NCBI GenBank assembly: GCA_964187785.1
Contig: OZ076410.1
Span: forward strand, 310,001 to 374,000
Origin: Amphiscolops sp. MND2022
Lineage: Eukaryota
Reading direction: 5' to 3'
Length of the DNA stretch: 64,000 nt
Part shown: positions 12,161 to 24,543 of the stretch, piece after piece
How the letters are laid out: each line of letters opens with the position of its first letter
Position numbering within the stretch: position 1 is the first letter of the stretch
Position numbers and translations under genes: made by a program
The notes under the pieces: generated by a model
Seen by the model: the letters and a program-made list of their open reading frames with translations, nothing else
Databases searched by the model: none
What the model was told of the DNA's origin: nothing

Positions 12161-12381
12161 AATTGGATAGAAAGTGCCTACAAAGAACAAAACCAAATGA
12201 CCAAAATGAAACAAATGAATTTTTGAAACAAACGCGGCCGGCGGCGGAAATGTTTCACTGTGGAGTGATTCGAGAGTTGAATCACTCTCACTGCTGTAAG
12301 ATGAACTGCAGCAGATACAGTATTTATTCTGTTATGACGTCATCATTGCATACTACTGTAGTTTGCACTGTGAACCTGCAG

Positions 12382-12532
12382 GCGAGTCAGTTGGGGCTGT
12401 TCACGTTCGTGACCAACTACTCCTACGCGTGCATTTTAATCATCACCATCAACAGGTACTTCGCCGTCTGCAAGCCCATCACCTACAAAGTCATGTGCAC
12501 GTTCAAGATATCCTACTCCCTCCTCATCACAG
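12382..12532 (+). CDS. Class A GPCR, exon 3 (TM3, ICL2, start of TM4)
   Basis: CTGCAG|GCG phase 0. ...NYSYACILIITINRYFAVCKP is a DRY-like motif followed by xAVCxP, with Ser at 3.39. Donor CAG|GTGGGT, phase 1. Confidence 0.85.
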
Positions 12533-12678
12533 GTGGGTCAGCACCATGGTACACTGCCCTCCTTTCCGTAGGGGGGGGGGTGTTTGTTTGGGGTTGTGAT
12601 CAAAGCAAGCAATGCTTGCATTCAAATTGCTTGAAGCGCTGCTTGACCGAACTGGTTAAGAATGCAGTCTGTAGTGAA

Positions 12679-13153
12679 ACAAGACGGGACCGGCCCAAGT
12701 CCGCTTAGCCCATATCTAAGGCTCAAAAAAAGCACAAGGACTTCAAAGTGTCAAGTATTCTCTTTTACAGCATCCGAAAAAACTTTTTGAAAAAAGTCTC
12801 ACAATGCCAAGAAACTGAAAGGGGGACACTTTGGGATTTTTCAACATCCATTTTGTCGGAAAACTCCAAATAAAATTGAAGGGTGACCCTTTGGGGAAAA
12901 ACGTTTTTCTCCGGGAAAAAGTCACACAAGGCCAAAAAAACTGGAAGGGGGGAGCTTTTGGTCTCGTCTGGTATTGTATGTTACGCGTTTAACATTTTTG
13001 GTTCAGTTCCCTTGGCCAACAGGGGCGTTTATAAATTTTGTAGAACTTTTGGTAGAACTATTTTGGTCACTTCAGGTGTATCGGAAAAAAGCACTGACAA
13101 AAACCATGACTATAGCCGGCTCTTTCCTTGAGAAGAACGCCAACTAAAAAAAA
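12679..13153 (+). mobile_element. ACAAG family copy
   Basis: ACAAGACGGGACCGGCCCAAGTCCG...CATATCTAAGGCTCAAAA start and A-rich end. Confidence 0.75.
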
Positions 13154-14195
13154 ACAAGAGCCTCAGGATTCAAGGCTAATTCAAGAAGCACGATCATTCT
13201 TGTGTGTTGTAAACAGGACCATATATGGACCGTCAAATTTCATAAACTACCATTATTAGCATAACGTAGTCAATCACCAAAAGGTTCGCTTGTTCTAAGT
13301 GTTGCCAACCATGTGCAGCCCACTCAAGCGAAAATCTTGAGACAAAATTGCAGCCACCATTTGGTAACATCCTAATTATTATTTACCCACAGAAAAATTG
13401 GCGCCAGGGCACTCCATTGTATTCCAACGGTCTTCCACTGAAATGAAATCCAGCCGTTGGTTTTGGAGCACTGCAGTCAAAACCCCCATGAATTATGAAC
13501 TCGAACTGGCAATTTTGATCACAAACACAACGTGATCAAAGTTGAAGTTGAATAGTCTTGGTATATAAATCATTGAAAAACTGAAATGTTTAAAAGACCA
13601 AAGACTTTTGCGGAAATGAGAGAACGCTTCTCCGAATTCTTCTTCGCGCTCTCTACATTAATTTAATCAAATTAGCGACTGAGCAAGTCTTTTTTGCCGC
13701 GTTCTTAGTGCATAATATAACATAGGTATAATATATTTATAAATTTTATAATTTTTTTCTAGAAAATCACTGGCTATGCAAGATGGTTTTGTGATTAGAC
13801 CTAATAACTTTTAGTGGCGGTGCGCCTGAAGCAAACGAGATCTGCCCATACCTGCCCGAATATCTTGAAATCGTTTTATGAACATGAAGTGAATGAGAAG
13901 GCATTATTTGACTATAGCGTCAACATTCTCGACATGGTGGTTTTTCCGTTTTCTTTGGTTCCGTTCTCTTAAAATGTGTCATCAACGCGGATACAACACC
14001 AAAACCTTTTCACCTCATACGTTTTAACTATAAGCAGCTGCCCTGAAGCTGCTATCCCTCCAAGACTGGGTGAAAAGGTTTTTTTATCCACCAAAAGAGA
14101 CAATTTGCGTCCTCAGTGTTAACGTTCCGTAGCCTTTCAACAATGAACAATGGATGAAGTGAAATTCTGCTAACTTGATTGTCACATAAATATAA

Positions 14196-14266
14196 GACGA
14201 TTTAACGTAGTGGTAGCATAGTAGCTTTCCGATCGTAAGGTCGTGGGTTCGATTCCCACAAGTCCG
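14196..14266 (+). ncRNA. tRNA-derived (Gly-TCC-like) SINE head or tRNA pseudogene
   Basis: A-box-like TAACGTAGTGG, CTTTCCGA loop, T-arm TGGGTTCGATTCCCA. The acceptor stem does not pair well. Confidence 0.6.
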
Positions 14267-14449
14267 AAATATTTTACTTTTCATTTAAATTCTCTAAAAT
14301 ACTCTCGAAAAGGCCTTGCTATTTAGAATAAAAATGTGAGTCATATCTTTATATTGTGTGATCAAGTTTTGACTTGGCGGTTAATAATAATAATAATAAT
14401 AATAATTTTTCCTCAACTTTCATTGTTATTCTAATTTTTGATTGACAAT

Positions 14450-15950
14450 ACAAACTTTAGTTCTCTAAAGATTTTCAATTAGGTAGGGCTTGGCGGCACG
14501 ATTGAGAAGGCTGTGTGAACGCCATTCTTTCTCAAATGAACGTCACCGCAATGAGCAAACAGCAGAGGAGGATCATATTGTATGTTTATCTCTAATGTGG
14601 TAGTTTTTAACGCCCAATATTCCCAGAAATTTGTCTTCCACTGCGGACCAGAATCCTGTGCTGCTTTGACAAACTCCTTCGTAAGCTTTTTTGAAAGACC
14701 CATATGCGCTCTGGTAGCATTGTCTGAAACTGTCCCAGTGTTGAAGGTTTTTGATAAAATGTAGATTACATCTCGTAAACAAGTAGTTGAGCCCTTCCAA
14801 GGTCACCGTGAAACCATGAAAGATACATAGTTTTGAATTATAAATGAAGATGTTCAAGTATAGCTGCATGATTTGGCCGGAACCCATTGACTCATCAAGC
14901 AGTATGCAAGTTTGACATTTCAATTGGCCGTGGTCAATTACAATGAGAACGAACTGGTCAGACGACAAACGATCTCGGCAAGCTTATCATTACATTCTGA
15001 TATAGTATCTCTTGAAGCTCGTTGGCAAAATCAGGGGATTGCTGAATGTGTGCAACGGGGTACTTTTTAGGAACTGCTTTCTGATGTGCGCGAACTAGTA
15101 AGTTCGCAATTGTCTCCAATAGAGTTGTTTACAACAAGAGTGTGCTGTAATCAAACTGCGTGCGCCTGAGGAAAATGAATTGAAGTTTCGAAACTTGAGA
15201 TCTCTACGTTTTGCACCAGTTTTCAACATGGAATCAACCGTTAAACAATTGTTTGGCTGTCCAATTGCAAAGCAAGCAACACTTGTTACCACCTATACCA
15301 TGGGTTGGCTTCGGCCTTGTTGGAATTAAACACGAAATCGTTTTCCCGATTACCATGCAAATACATCCGAAAACTGTCGGGAAATTGTGGAAAAGCATTG
15401 AACAATTTGCTCAATACCTGTATCGCGAAAAAAAAACAAATCAACCAGTATTACCAGAATGTTCAAAGGATGCCTCTTTCCTCTTTTGAGGATAAGCGCT
15501 ATATAATTGAAGATGACATCTCAACTTGACGCTTTGGCCAAACCACAATTAGGGATCTTCATTTTGCTAAAAACCTGCGGAAGAACCACCTATAGTCTTC
15601 ATGTTTCACAGGACAAAATCAAACAAAAACAAACCCGAAGCTACAATCTCTCAAGGTTTTTTCTGAAAAACGCCCGATGCAGCCAAACACCCCGCTTCCC
15701 CTTCCATAAGCGTGTGAGATGGAGCGACGAGGATCTAATGACATTGAAGCAAGAACCGATGGATGGTTGGTTGATCCTGCACTGTACCAGAATGATTACT
15801 TCGACTATAAGTAGGAGGAAGAAGCCGCCAGTTGAGATGAGTCTTTTCATGAACATGGTCCTCGAAGGAATCCATACATTTGACGAGGTAGTGTAGCATC
15901 TGATGCAGAAGATGAGCTCGCAAACTAGAATGAAGGGTCAGACCCTAATT
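14450..15950. pseudogene. Decayed Polinton/Maverick-like fragment including the pPolB C-terminus (+, ~15300-15550)
   Basis: QRMPLSSFEDKRYIIEDDIST*RFG resembles the LSSFDDKRYILEDGIxTLxFGH end of Polinton protein-primed PolB (recalled motif). A frameshifted divergent ORF of unknown identity lies at 14479-14968 (-). Confidence 0.5.
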
Positions 15951-15973
15951 AATGCCCGGTGGTAGCACAACTC

Positions 15974-18900
15974 ACTGAGAATGAAACAGATGCAAACGAG
16001 GAACTGCTATTACAAATAGACTTTGACAACTCTTTCAGCGGTGTCCTATCTGTGGACCGGATCAAATGAGCACAGAGAAGACGCATGGAAGTTCCGAATG
16101 TCAGAAGTTACGAAAAAAGCTTTACGTTTTGAAACTTAAATGTGATTTCTTGAGGAAAAAGCTAACCTCTATCACGGGGCCCTGAAACTGGCCTGCAACC
16201 AGAAACATATCCACAATTGTGTGAAACGTTCTGATGAATAAAACGGGACTACTCAAAATCGGCGTCTACTCAGAAGATCTCACTATTTTTTTAAACTGGT
16301 CTTGATTCAGAAAAGTTTTCTTCAGGGTGAGATTCGAACACAATATCTCCCTAGCCAGGGACCTTAAAGTGTGTCAAAAACCGATGATTTTTTAAAATAG
16401 AAAAATAAGTATCGATGCATTGCAATACAATACTGTTTTTTTTCTTTGGACATGCTGTCTAACAGAAAATCCCTTGAAAAAGTTGCTCAGATTTTGATCA
16501 GTGTGACAAGATTTTTTTGGTCAAATCGGATCACAATTTGAAAAAGTTTTATCGAATCGTATTTTTGGAGACTTGAATTTTTTCCAAACTTTGTGAAGCA
16601 AAACAAAGTTTTGTCTTATTTCAAAACTACTGGTACGAAAGAAAACCCTTTTTCGATCAATGATCAATTTCGCAGCCTTAACACCATTTTTGACATTCAT
16701 TCTTGACACTTTTTCCTGAAAGTGCGTACTTAAAAAAGAACAGTCAAAGAAGTTATTTTTCCGTCGAAATGTTATTTTTACGGACTGAAAACTGGAACTT
16801 TTTCGATCATTTAGTTGTGTAATTTCTCAAAAAGAGCGTATTCAATCGAAAAAGTTTCAATTTCATAATTTAGAGATCTGAATCGAAAGGAAAACGTTTA
16901 TTGGTGGCTTTTTATTCACAAGCATCTGTTTTGGAGATTTTTACAACAACTCTAGGAAATTGCCAAAAGGCAGGAAGGAATAAGCTAATTGTTATTACAT
17001 TTCGCTAAATTACAATGAAAGTCTTTCTGAGCCTCAAGCGGGGGGGGGGGGGCGTGATTTGGGCTTCTGGTGACTTGTTTGTAATCTTTGTCTCATTCAT
17101 CAAACAACTGTGCACTACGAAATCAGGTATCAGGTTTGTGTTAGCAAACAGTGATGTTATCCCGTTATTCAACAGGAGGGCAGTTTAGAAAAAAGGAGGA
17201 TTGTAGGTGTCAATAACGCTCCAGTAAAAGTAGTTGTTTGTAATTGCAATTAGCTCTCTTCAACTCCTTCAAAAATGTCCCCGAACGGAACTGACCTAAA
17301 GCTTACAGAACAATGGCTCTCAGTAGAAGTTAAATGTGTTTTTGTTGAGGAAGCCTGAAAAGCGAGTTAGCTGATTGAGCGCTTTTATAGTTCCACCAAT
17401 CAAACATCTCTTGTTTGAAAAAGATACCTTTCAGCTGTTTTAGAAGATTCGCATTTCTTTTTGTCCGCTTCTTGTCTTCATTTTTGCTTCCTCTGAGCCT
17501 GCGAGCATTTCCGGTCGATTCTGAAACAGTCTCCTTGCAGATATCCCATTGTTATATCATTGTTATGTAACAATGAACAGTATGGTATTAAGCAGAAAAG
17601 CGTTCCTCTAATGCAATTGCAAGGTTCCATTTTCTATACACTCTTGCTCGCGTCGTGTTTCACTCAATTGTTGTGCACTGAAAGGATGTCTAATGAACTA
17701 GCTTGTTAAAAAACAAACTGAATGGGCTTCCATTTTGGGCATTCCTGAAAAACAACCAGTAGAATAAAGCAAACTATTATCTTGTCAAATTACGAAGTGA
17801 ATCAGTAACAAACTGCTTCTGTTAAAACTGAGAATGAAACAGATGCAAACGAGGAACTGCTATTACAAATAGACTTTGACAACTCTTTCAGCGGTGTCCT
17901 ATCTGTGGACCGGATCAAATGAGCACAGAGAAGACGCATGGAAGTTCCGAATGTCAGAAGTTACGAAAAAAGCTTTACGTTTTGAAACTTAAATGTGATT
18001 TCTTGAGGAAAAAGCTAACCTCTATCACGGGGCCCTGAAACTGGCCTGCAACCAGAAACATATCCACAATTGTGTGAAACGTTCTGATGAATAAAACGGG
18101 ACTACTCAAAATCGGCGTCTACTCAGAAGATCTCACTATTTTTTTAAACTGGTCTTGATTCAGAAAAGTTTTCTTCAGGGTGAGATTCGAACACAATATC
18201 TCCCTAGCCAGGGACCTTAAAGTGTGTCAAAAACCGATGATTTTTTAAAATAGAAAAATAAGTATCGATGCATTGCAATACAATACTGTTTTTTTTTCTT
18301 TGGACATGCTGTCTAACAGAAAATCCCTTGAAAAAGTTGCTCAGATTTTGATCAGTGTGACAAGATTTTTTTGGTCAAATCGGATCACAATTTGAAAAAG
18401 TTTTATCGAATCGTATTTTTGGAGACTTGAATTTTTTCCAAACTTTGTGAAGCAAAACAAAGTTTTTTCTTATTTCAAAACTACTGGTACGAAAGAAAAC
18501 CCTTTTTCGATCAATGATCAATTTCGCAGCCTTAACACCATTTTTGACATTCATTCTTGACACTTTTTCCTGAAAGTGCGTACTTAAAAAAGAACAGTCA
18601 AAGAAGTTATTTTTCCGTCGAAATGTTATTTTTACGGACTGAAAACTGGAACTTTTTCGATCATTTAGTTGTGTAATTTCTCAAAAAGAGCGTATTCAAT
18701 CGAAAAAGTTTCAATTTCATAATTTAGAGATCTGAATCGAAAGGAAAACGTTTATTGGTGGCTTTTTATTCACAAGCATCTGTTTTGGAGATTTTTACAA
18801 CAACTCTAGGAAATTGCCAAAAGGCAGGAAGGAATAAGCTAATTGTTATTACATTTCGCTAAATTACAATGAAAGTCTTTCTGAGCCTCAAGCGGGGGGG

Positions 18901-19678
18901 GGGGCGTGATTTGGGCTTCTGGTGACTTGTTTGTAATCTTTGTCTCATTCATCAAACAACTGTGCACTACGAAATCAGGTATCAGGTTTGTGTTAGCAAA
19001 CAGTGATGTTATCCCGTTATTCAACAGGAGGGCAGTTTAGAAAAAAGGAGGATTGTAGGTGTCAATAACGCTCCAGTAAAAGTAGTTGTTTGTAATTGCA
19101 ATTAGCTCTCTTCAACTCCTTCAAAAATGTCCCCGAACGGAACTGACCTAAAGCTTACAGAACAATGGCTCTCAGTAGAAGTTAAATGTGTTTTTGTTGA
19201 GGAAGCCTGAAAAGCGAGTTAGCTGATTGAGCGCTTTTATAGTTCCACCAATCAAACATCTCTTGTTTGAAAAAGATACCTTTCAGCTGTTTTAGAAGAT
19301 TCGCATTTCTTTTTGTCCGCTTCTTGTCTTCATTTTTGCTTCCTCTGAGCCTGCGAGCATTTCCGGTCGATTCTGAAACAGTCTCCTTGCAGATATCCCA
19401 TTGTTATATCATTGTTATGTAACAATGAACAGTATGGTATTAAGCAGAAAAGCGTTCCTCTAATGCAATTGCAAGGTTCCATTTTCTATACACTCTTGCT
19501 CGCGTCGTGTTTCACTCAATTGTTGTGCACTGAAAGGATGTCTAATGAACTAGCTTGTTAAAAAACAAACTGAATGGGCTTCCATTTTGGGCATTCCTGA
19601 AAAACAACCAGTAGAATAAAGCAAACTATTATCTTGTCAAATTACGAAGTGAATCAGTAACAAACTGCTTCTGTTAAA
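15974..19678. repeat. Near-identical tandem duplication of ~1853 bp
   Basis: ACTGAGAATGAAACAGATG at 15974 and 17827. The differences I saw are one substitution and homopolymer lengths. ACTGA microhomology at the junctions. Confidence 0.95.
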
Positions 19679-20269
19679 ACTGAAGTCAAAAATATCAAAA
19701 GGCGCTTCTTTAGAGGAAGCCTAGTGCAGTGTTTTTGTGATTGCTTAAAAGTCTGATCACACAACTTGAAAATTTGGTTTGGTAATAAAAAGTGATGAAG
19801 TAAGTTTTACGATTGGCACAGTGGAATTTCATGTAGCACCTAGCGGACTTTTTTTAGTTTGGCAAATGTAAATTTCTGGTAATTTTTGGATGTCTAGGAT
19901 CGCCACGAAACTTTTGTAACAGCCTGTTAATATTTGCATGACGTCAAGCGCTGCGTATAACTTTCATTCCAATAACTGTAAACATTTGACACTTTTGTAT
20001 GTTCAAAAACTTTCATTTTCTCTGCTGTTTACAAAAAAACGATACAAATGACATCCACTGAACTGACATCAGACTAAGAAACATTTAGGTGGTTCAGTTA
20101 TCACTTGAAACTGTGATTCGTTCAAAATATGACAGCTATACACCTGAGTTGGAATCCGAACTAAAATCTATCCACTCCAAGCTTCCAAACTGCTCGGAAA
20201 CTTTTCTCCGTCACGGTATATTTGGTAGTCACGTGACTACAGAATGTTGGGTACTGGTCATTCACGTTT

Positions 20270-20800
20270 TTTTAGTCGGCGTTTTCGAGGAAAATCCCGA
20301 CTCTTACAGTGGCTAGTTTTTTTTCGTCAGTTGAACGCGATCGGTCCATTTTTTGTGCATTAATGCACATTTACCAACTTTTACCATATGTACTTAGTAC
20401 TTCACTTTCAACGCATCCAAAGCCTCTAACGTGAGATAAAAAGCCATTCCAAAGCAGAAGGGTCCACTTTTTTGACATTATAAGACTTTCCTCTTTTTTT
20501 TTCGGCACTGTGAGACTGTTCAAATTTCTGATTTTTTCCCGAAATTTTCTTATTGTTCCCCCATCAATTTTTAATATTTTGCAACAGAATGGATGTTCAA
20601 AAAATCCCAAAGGGCCCCCTTTTACATTTTTCGGCACTATGTAACTTACCGGAAAGTTCAAAAAAAATTTAGAAAAATTCGAAAGTTTTTTTTTCAATTA
20701 GTTTTTTGAGAGCTTTTGTTGTCTCCAGTTGTAGAAAAAGTGGTTTTCGAGTCTTTTTGAGCCTTAGATATGGCACCGACTTGGGTCGTTCCCAGCTTGT
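20270..20800 (-). mobile_element. ACAAG family copy (minus strand)
   Basis: TTTTGAGCCTTAGATATGGCACCGACTT...CTTGT at 20755-20800. Confidence 0.7.
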
Positions 20801-22147
20801 TTTAAATACATTTCACTCGAACTTTCCAGGCGATCTTATTGGAGTTTAAGATGCTCGTTTGCTACATTGACTTCGTTTTGGAGCATGACATTACCCTGGT
20901 TGTTAACTGCGTGAACTTTTTATGTTTTTATGTGTTTACCAAGTTAATTTTTCATGATTCTATAAATTTTTTAAGGAACCTTCCATGTAGTGAAACTTCT
21001 CTGGTTCGATTTAATCTTATCAAGCTGCCTGTAAAATGCATCCTAAATTTGACAGCAATTCTGCGCCGCAAAATTTTGCAGGTTTCATTAAAAAGCACTT
21101 CTAATTTTGAAAGCAGCTGAGACCTCATCATTTTTACCGCGATTCCAATGCAAACAAACTTCAGTCACATTATAAGTTTCAAAGTTGCGTCATATTCAGC
21201 GTGCTATTTGACAAACGGTGATTACATAAGGTACTTACTTGAGAAATTTACGCGTGAAAACAAAAAGATCGCGGCTGTGAAGAATTGGAATTGTTTTCAG
21301 TTTTAGTTCAAATTTTGGAGAAATCATTGTAATCCTACAAAATGGGGTAATGATTCAGAAATATGGCATTCTGGTGCTTTTGTACAGATTGAGGAAAAAA
21401 ATTTTCATCATAAGGACAAAAATGAGATTTCCAAACCAGTTCTAAGCATTTTTAATATTCGTTTGACATCTATGTGTCGCTTTTAATGTATTTCCGGTTC
21501 GGTCACTTTTTTCTGCAATCTTCAGATCTGCGCACATTCGCAATTATCGAAAAGTCACGGTTTATTTCAGTCAGAATATGTTTTGGTACTTTCTTTTGCA
21601 TGTAAAATGATTTTGCTGGAAACAGATTTTTTTTTATTTTCCTCCCACATATAATGCGGGAGGAAAATCATAATCTGGCTGCGTTTTTTCCAAATTCTGC
21701 TAAATCGCCACGATCTCCATCCACTCAACTGAAATAGTCAAGTAACCAAGGGACTTGACTATTTTAGTTACTAGTATTTAATATTGCGTTTTACTAAGGG
21801 GAGGGAATTTTTCGATTAAGTGTCTATATCCCGGTGAATAGCCGGCGTCTTGTTTATAAATATATTGCGCAATGCAGTTGGTTGCTAGAATATGAGGTAA
21901 CTAGACGATGGAAATCTATTTTTAATACGAAGGAATACAAAGGAATACACAGACCATAAAATATCTTATCTACCGATCGTATGTCAGTCAAGGCGAGTCA
22001 GAAACACCAAACGGTATGAAAAATTCAATCTTTCAGCAGTATGGTGTTTTATAAATGGTACTGAAAAATGCTGGAGTATTCACAGGAAGTCTTGGGTAGT
22101 TTTGTGAGAAGAATTGCATGTACTTTGCACTGTGTTGTGAATTTTTA

Positions 22148-22580
22148 AAACCAGAGCCGCATATGCGGTAAAGGAGTCGGCTTAGGTCTTTTTCCTTCTG
22201 ACTCGCTCCAATCCCAGTCATACCAATTTATTTGAATTGCACACATAGGACCATGCTATGGTGTAGAAAATGACTGTAGATATTTTCGGTCGAATCGTAT
22301 GAACAGTTTTAGCAAAAACCAAAAAAGTCGAAAAATGACTGTTTTTTGGCCATTTTTGGGCTAATTTTGGCTATGTTTCTCACATCCCAACCATACGATT
22401 TTGATGCCTTTGCGCACGCAGGGGCCCCTTTAGGTGTAGAATGACTGTGCAAAATTTCGTGAAAATCGTATGGACAGTTTTTAAGAAATTTGAAATTTTC
22501 ATGAAAAGGTCGGGAGAAGAAAAAACAACACGATTGCATAAGTAGTCGAAAAATTTTTCCGACTCCTAAAAATTTGGGCA
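22148..22580 (+). repeat. Interspersed repeat; second copy at ~26433-26860
   Basis: AAACCAGAGCCGCATATGCGG.AAAGGAGTCGGCTTAGG start shared by both copies. Internal duplicated GGTGTAGAA(A)ATGACTGT block. Confidence 0.8.
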
Positions 22581-23410
22581 AAAAGTCTCAGTGTCCGTCT
22601 ATATATTGTTCCCGAGTTTCAGCAGAAATTGACGAGAAACGGGAATAAGAAATTACAAAAACTCGAAGTGGAAAATAATTATGTTGTAACTGCAATGGAC
22701 TAAAAAAGCTGTGGCCTGTAACAAAACAGTTTCTCAAGCAACTCTGATTAGCTTCTCAAGCTTTGCAACCGGTTAACTTGCACGTAGAACTAGCTTATAG
22801 CATGTACAAAGTTGCCGGGAGTTCAACTAAAGTGGCATAACTGTGTCGTGAAAAACCGGACCATGTCATCTATACCCCCCCCCCAAACTGCGCCGGGGGA
22901 ATGTATCCGAACGGTATAACAGATATATGGTCATTCTTTAACTTTTTCTGGATAAGAAATTAATAAATAATAATAAATAAATAATTTGAAAATAATTAAA
23001 TAGAAATAAATTATTTCTAAGAAACCTTCCGAATTTATGTCTTGCTTCGACTGTATAAGTTTTCAAGCTATTACCACTTTTCAGAGAAAACAATCCGCGA
23101 TGAATCTGTAGATGAGAAGTATATAAGAAACCAAAACGTGTTGAATGTCACGCGGATGTTGGCGCGTTTTTGATAAAAATTGACTCCTGGTCAACAATTT
23201 CATCAGTTTGAGCGTCCATTGACTACGTTATGCAAATTGGCAAAGTATGGAAACATTTAGGTCATTGCTATCAAACAGTTCTGTTTGATTTGAATGTTTT
23301 TCCCTTGTATGGTGATTATGTGACTGAACTCTTTTCATACATCACCATTTATGACTTTTTAACTTGTTTATGACTTATAACCAAATAACTTTTCATCTTT
23401 TTTTCTGCAG

Positions 23411-23569
23411 CTTTCGTTGTGGCTCTGTTGAGTGGAGTGCTGGACACGTATCTCATCTACTACTTCTTCTTCGTGCGCGAGAGCCAATCAGATTTCGACA
23501 CGTACAACCTGCTCTGGTTCTTCATCCGCCTCGCGTTCACGTCCATTGACGTCATCACCATGGGCATCG
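23411..23569 (+). CDS. Class A GPCR, exon 4 (TM4, short ECL2, TM5)
   Basis: TTTTCTGCAG|CT phase 1 matches exon 3. AFVVALLSGVLDTYLIYYFFF...NLLWFFIRLAFTSIDVITMGI gives two hydrophobic helices. Canonical donor G|GTGAGT. GC3-rich codons like the other exons. Confidence 0.8.
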
Positions 23570-23626
23570 GTGAGTCATTCACTTCCACATTGACACAAAT
23601 CAAATCAAATCTGCCTCGTTGGGAAA

Positions 23627-24543
23627 ACAAGCCGGGAACGCCCCAAGTCGGTGCCATATCTAAGACTCAAAAATAACAGAAGAACTTCAAACGGTCAAGT
23701 ATTCTCCTTTATAGTACCCGAAAAAAATTTTGAAAAAGGTATCACAAGGGGACTCTTTAGTGTCGCCCGGTATTGTATGTTACGCGGGAAAGAAGGAAAA
23801 ACCTTTTTGGTTCAGTTCCCTGCAGGAACCATGGTTCAACAGGTACAGTATGAAATTTTGTAGAACTTTTGGTAGAACTATTTTGGTAGAACTTCAGGTG
23901 TATCGAAAAGCAAGACGAGAACGTCAGAAGTCGGCGCTATATTTAAGGCCTAAAAAGAGCAAAGTTTTTAAAATGTGCCCAGGACGTATTTAAGAAAATC
24001 ACAGAAAACAGTTTAGAGACACCCAAAGGGTGCCTTTCATGCTCGATAAGACACGGAAACCACTTTTTCCCCAAGTGGGAACAAAAAAACATTTCTTGAG
24101 AAAAAAACTTCGGATTTTTTTTCTTTCGGAAAATGTCGCATTGTGCCGTAAAATGTAAAGGAGGAACCCTTTGGGATTTATTAACATACATTCAGTTGCA
24201 AAATATCGTACAGCGGAAAAAATTGTACAGTGCCAAAAAAATCGAAAGGGGAACCTTTAGGAACCTTTAGGCTCGTCAGGTTTGTAAGTTACCTCAAAAT
24301 AGTAAAATATGGAACGGGGGACCTTTTGCACTAAGTTTGCATTGGCCGGCTTTGGCCTTAGTGGTTTCAGGAGTTTCTCTAAAAAGTGGACCGATCGGTG
24401 CGAGCCTGAAGAAAAAAAAGGTCACTGTAAGAGTCGGGAATTTTTCTTTAAAAGGAAAAAGCGCCGACTAAAAAATACTGACGAAAAGCCAGTCAACTAT
24501 AGTCAACTCTTTTCTCAAGAAAAGCGCCGCCTAAAAAGAAAAT
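23627..24543 (+). mobile_element. ACAAG family, compound copy
   Basis: Starts at 23627 and ~23909. Duplicated 3' GCGCCG(A/C)CTAAAA ends. Confidence 0.7.

Noticed and set aside
14196-14266. Functional tRNA genes at 14196, 33827, 42493 and 63552
   Set aside because: Acceptor stems or anticodon arms do not form properly; treated as tRNA-derived sequences.
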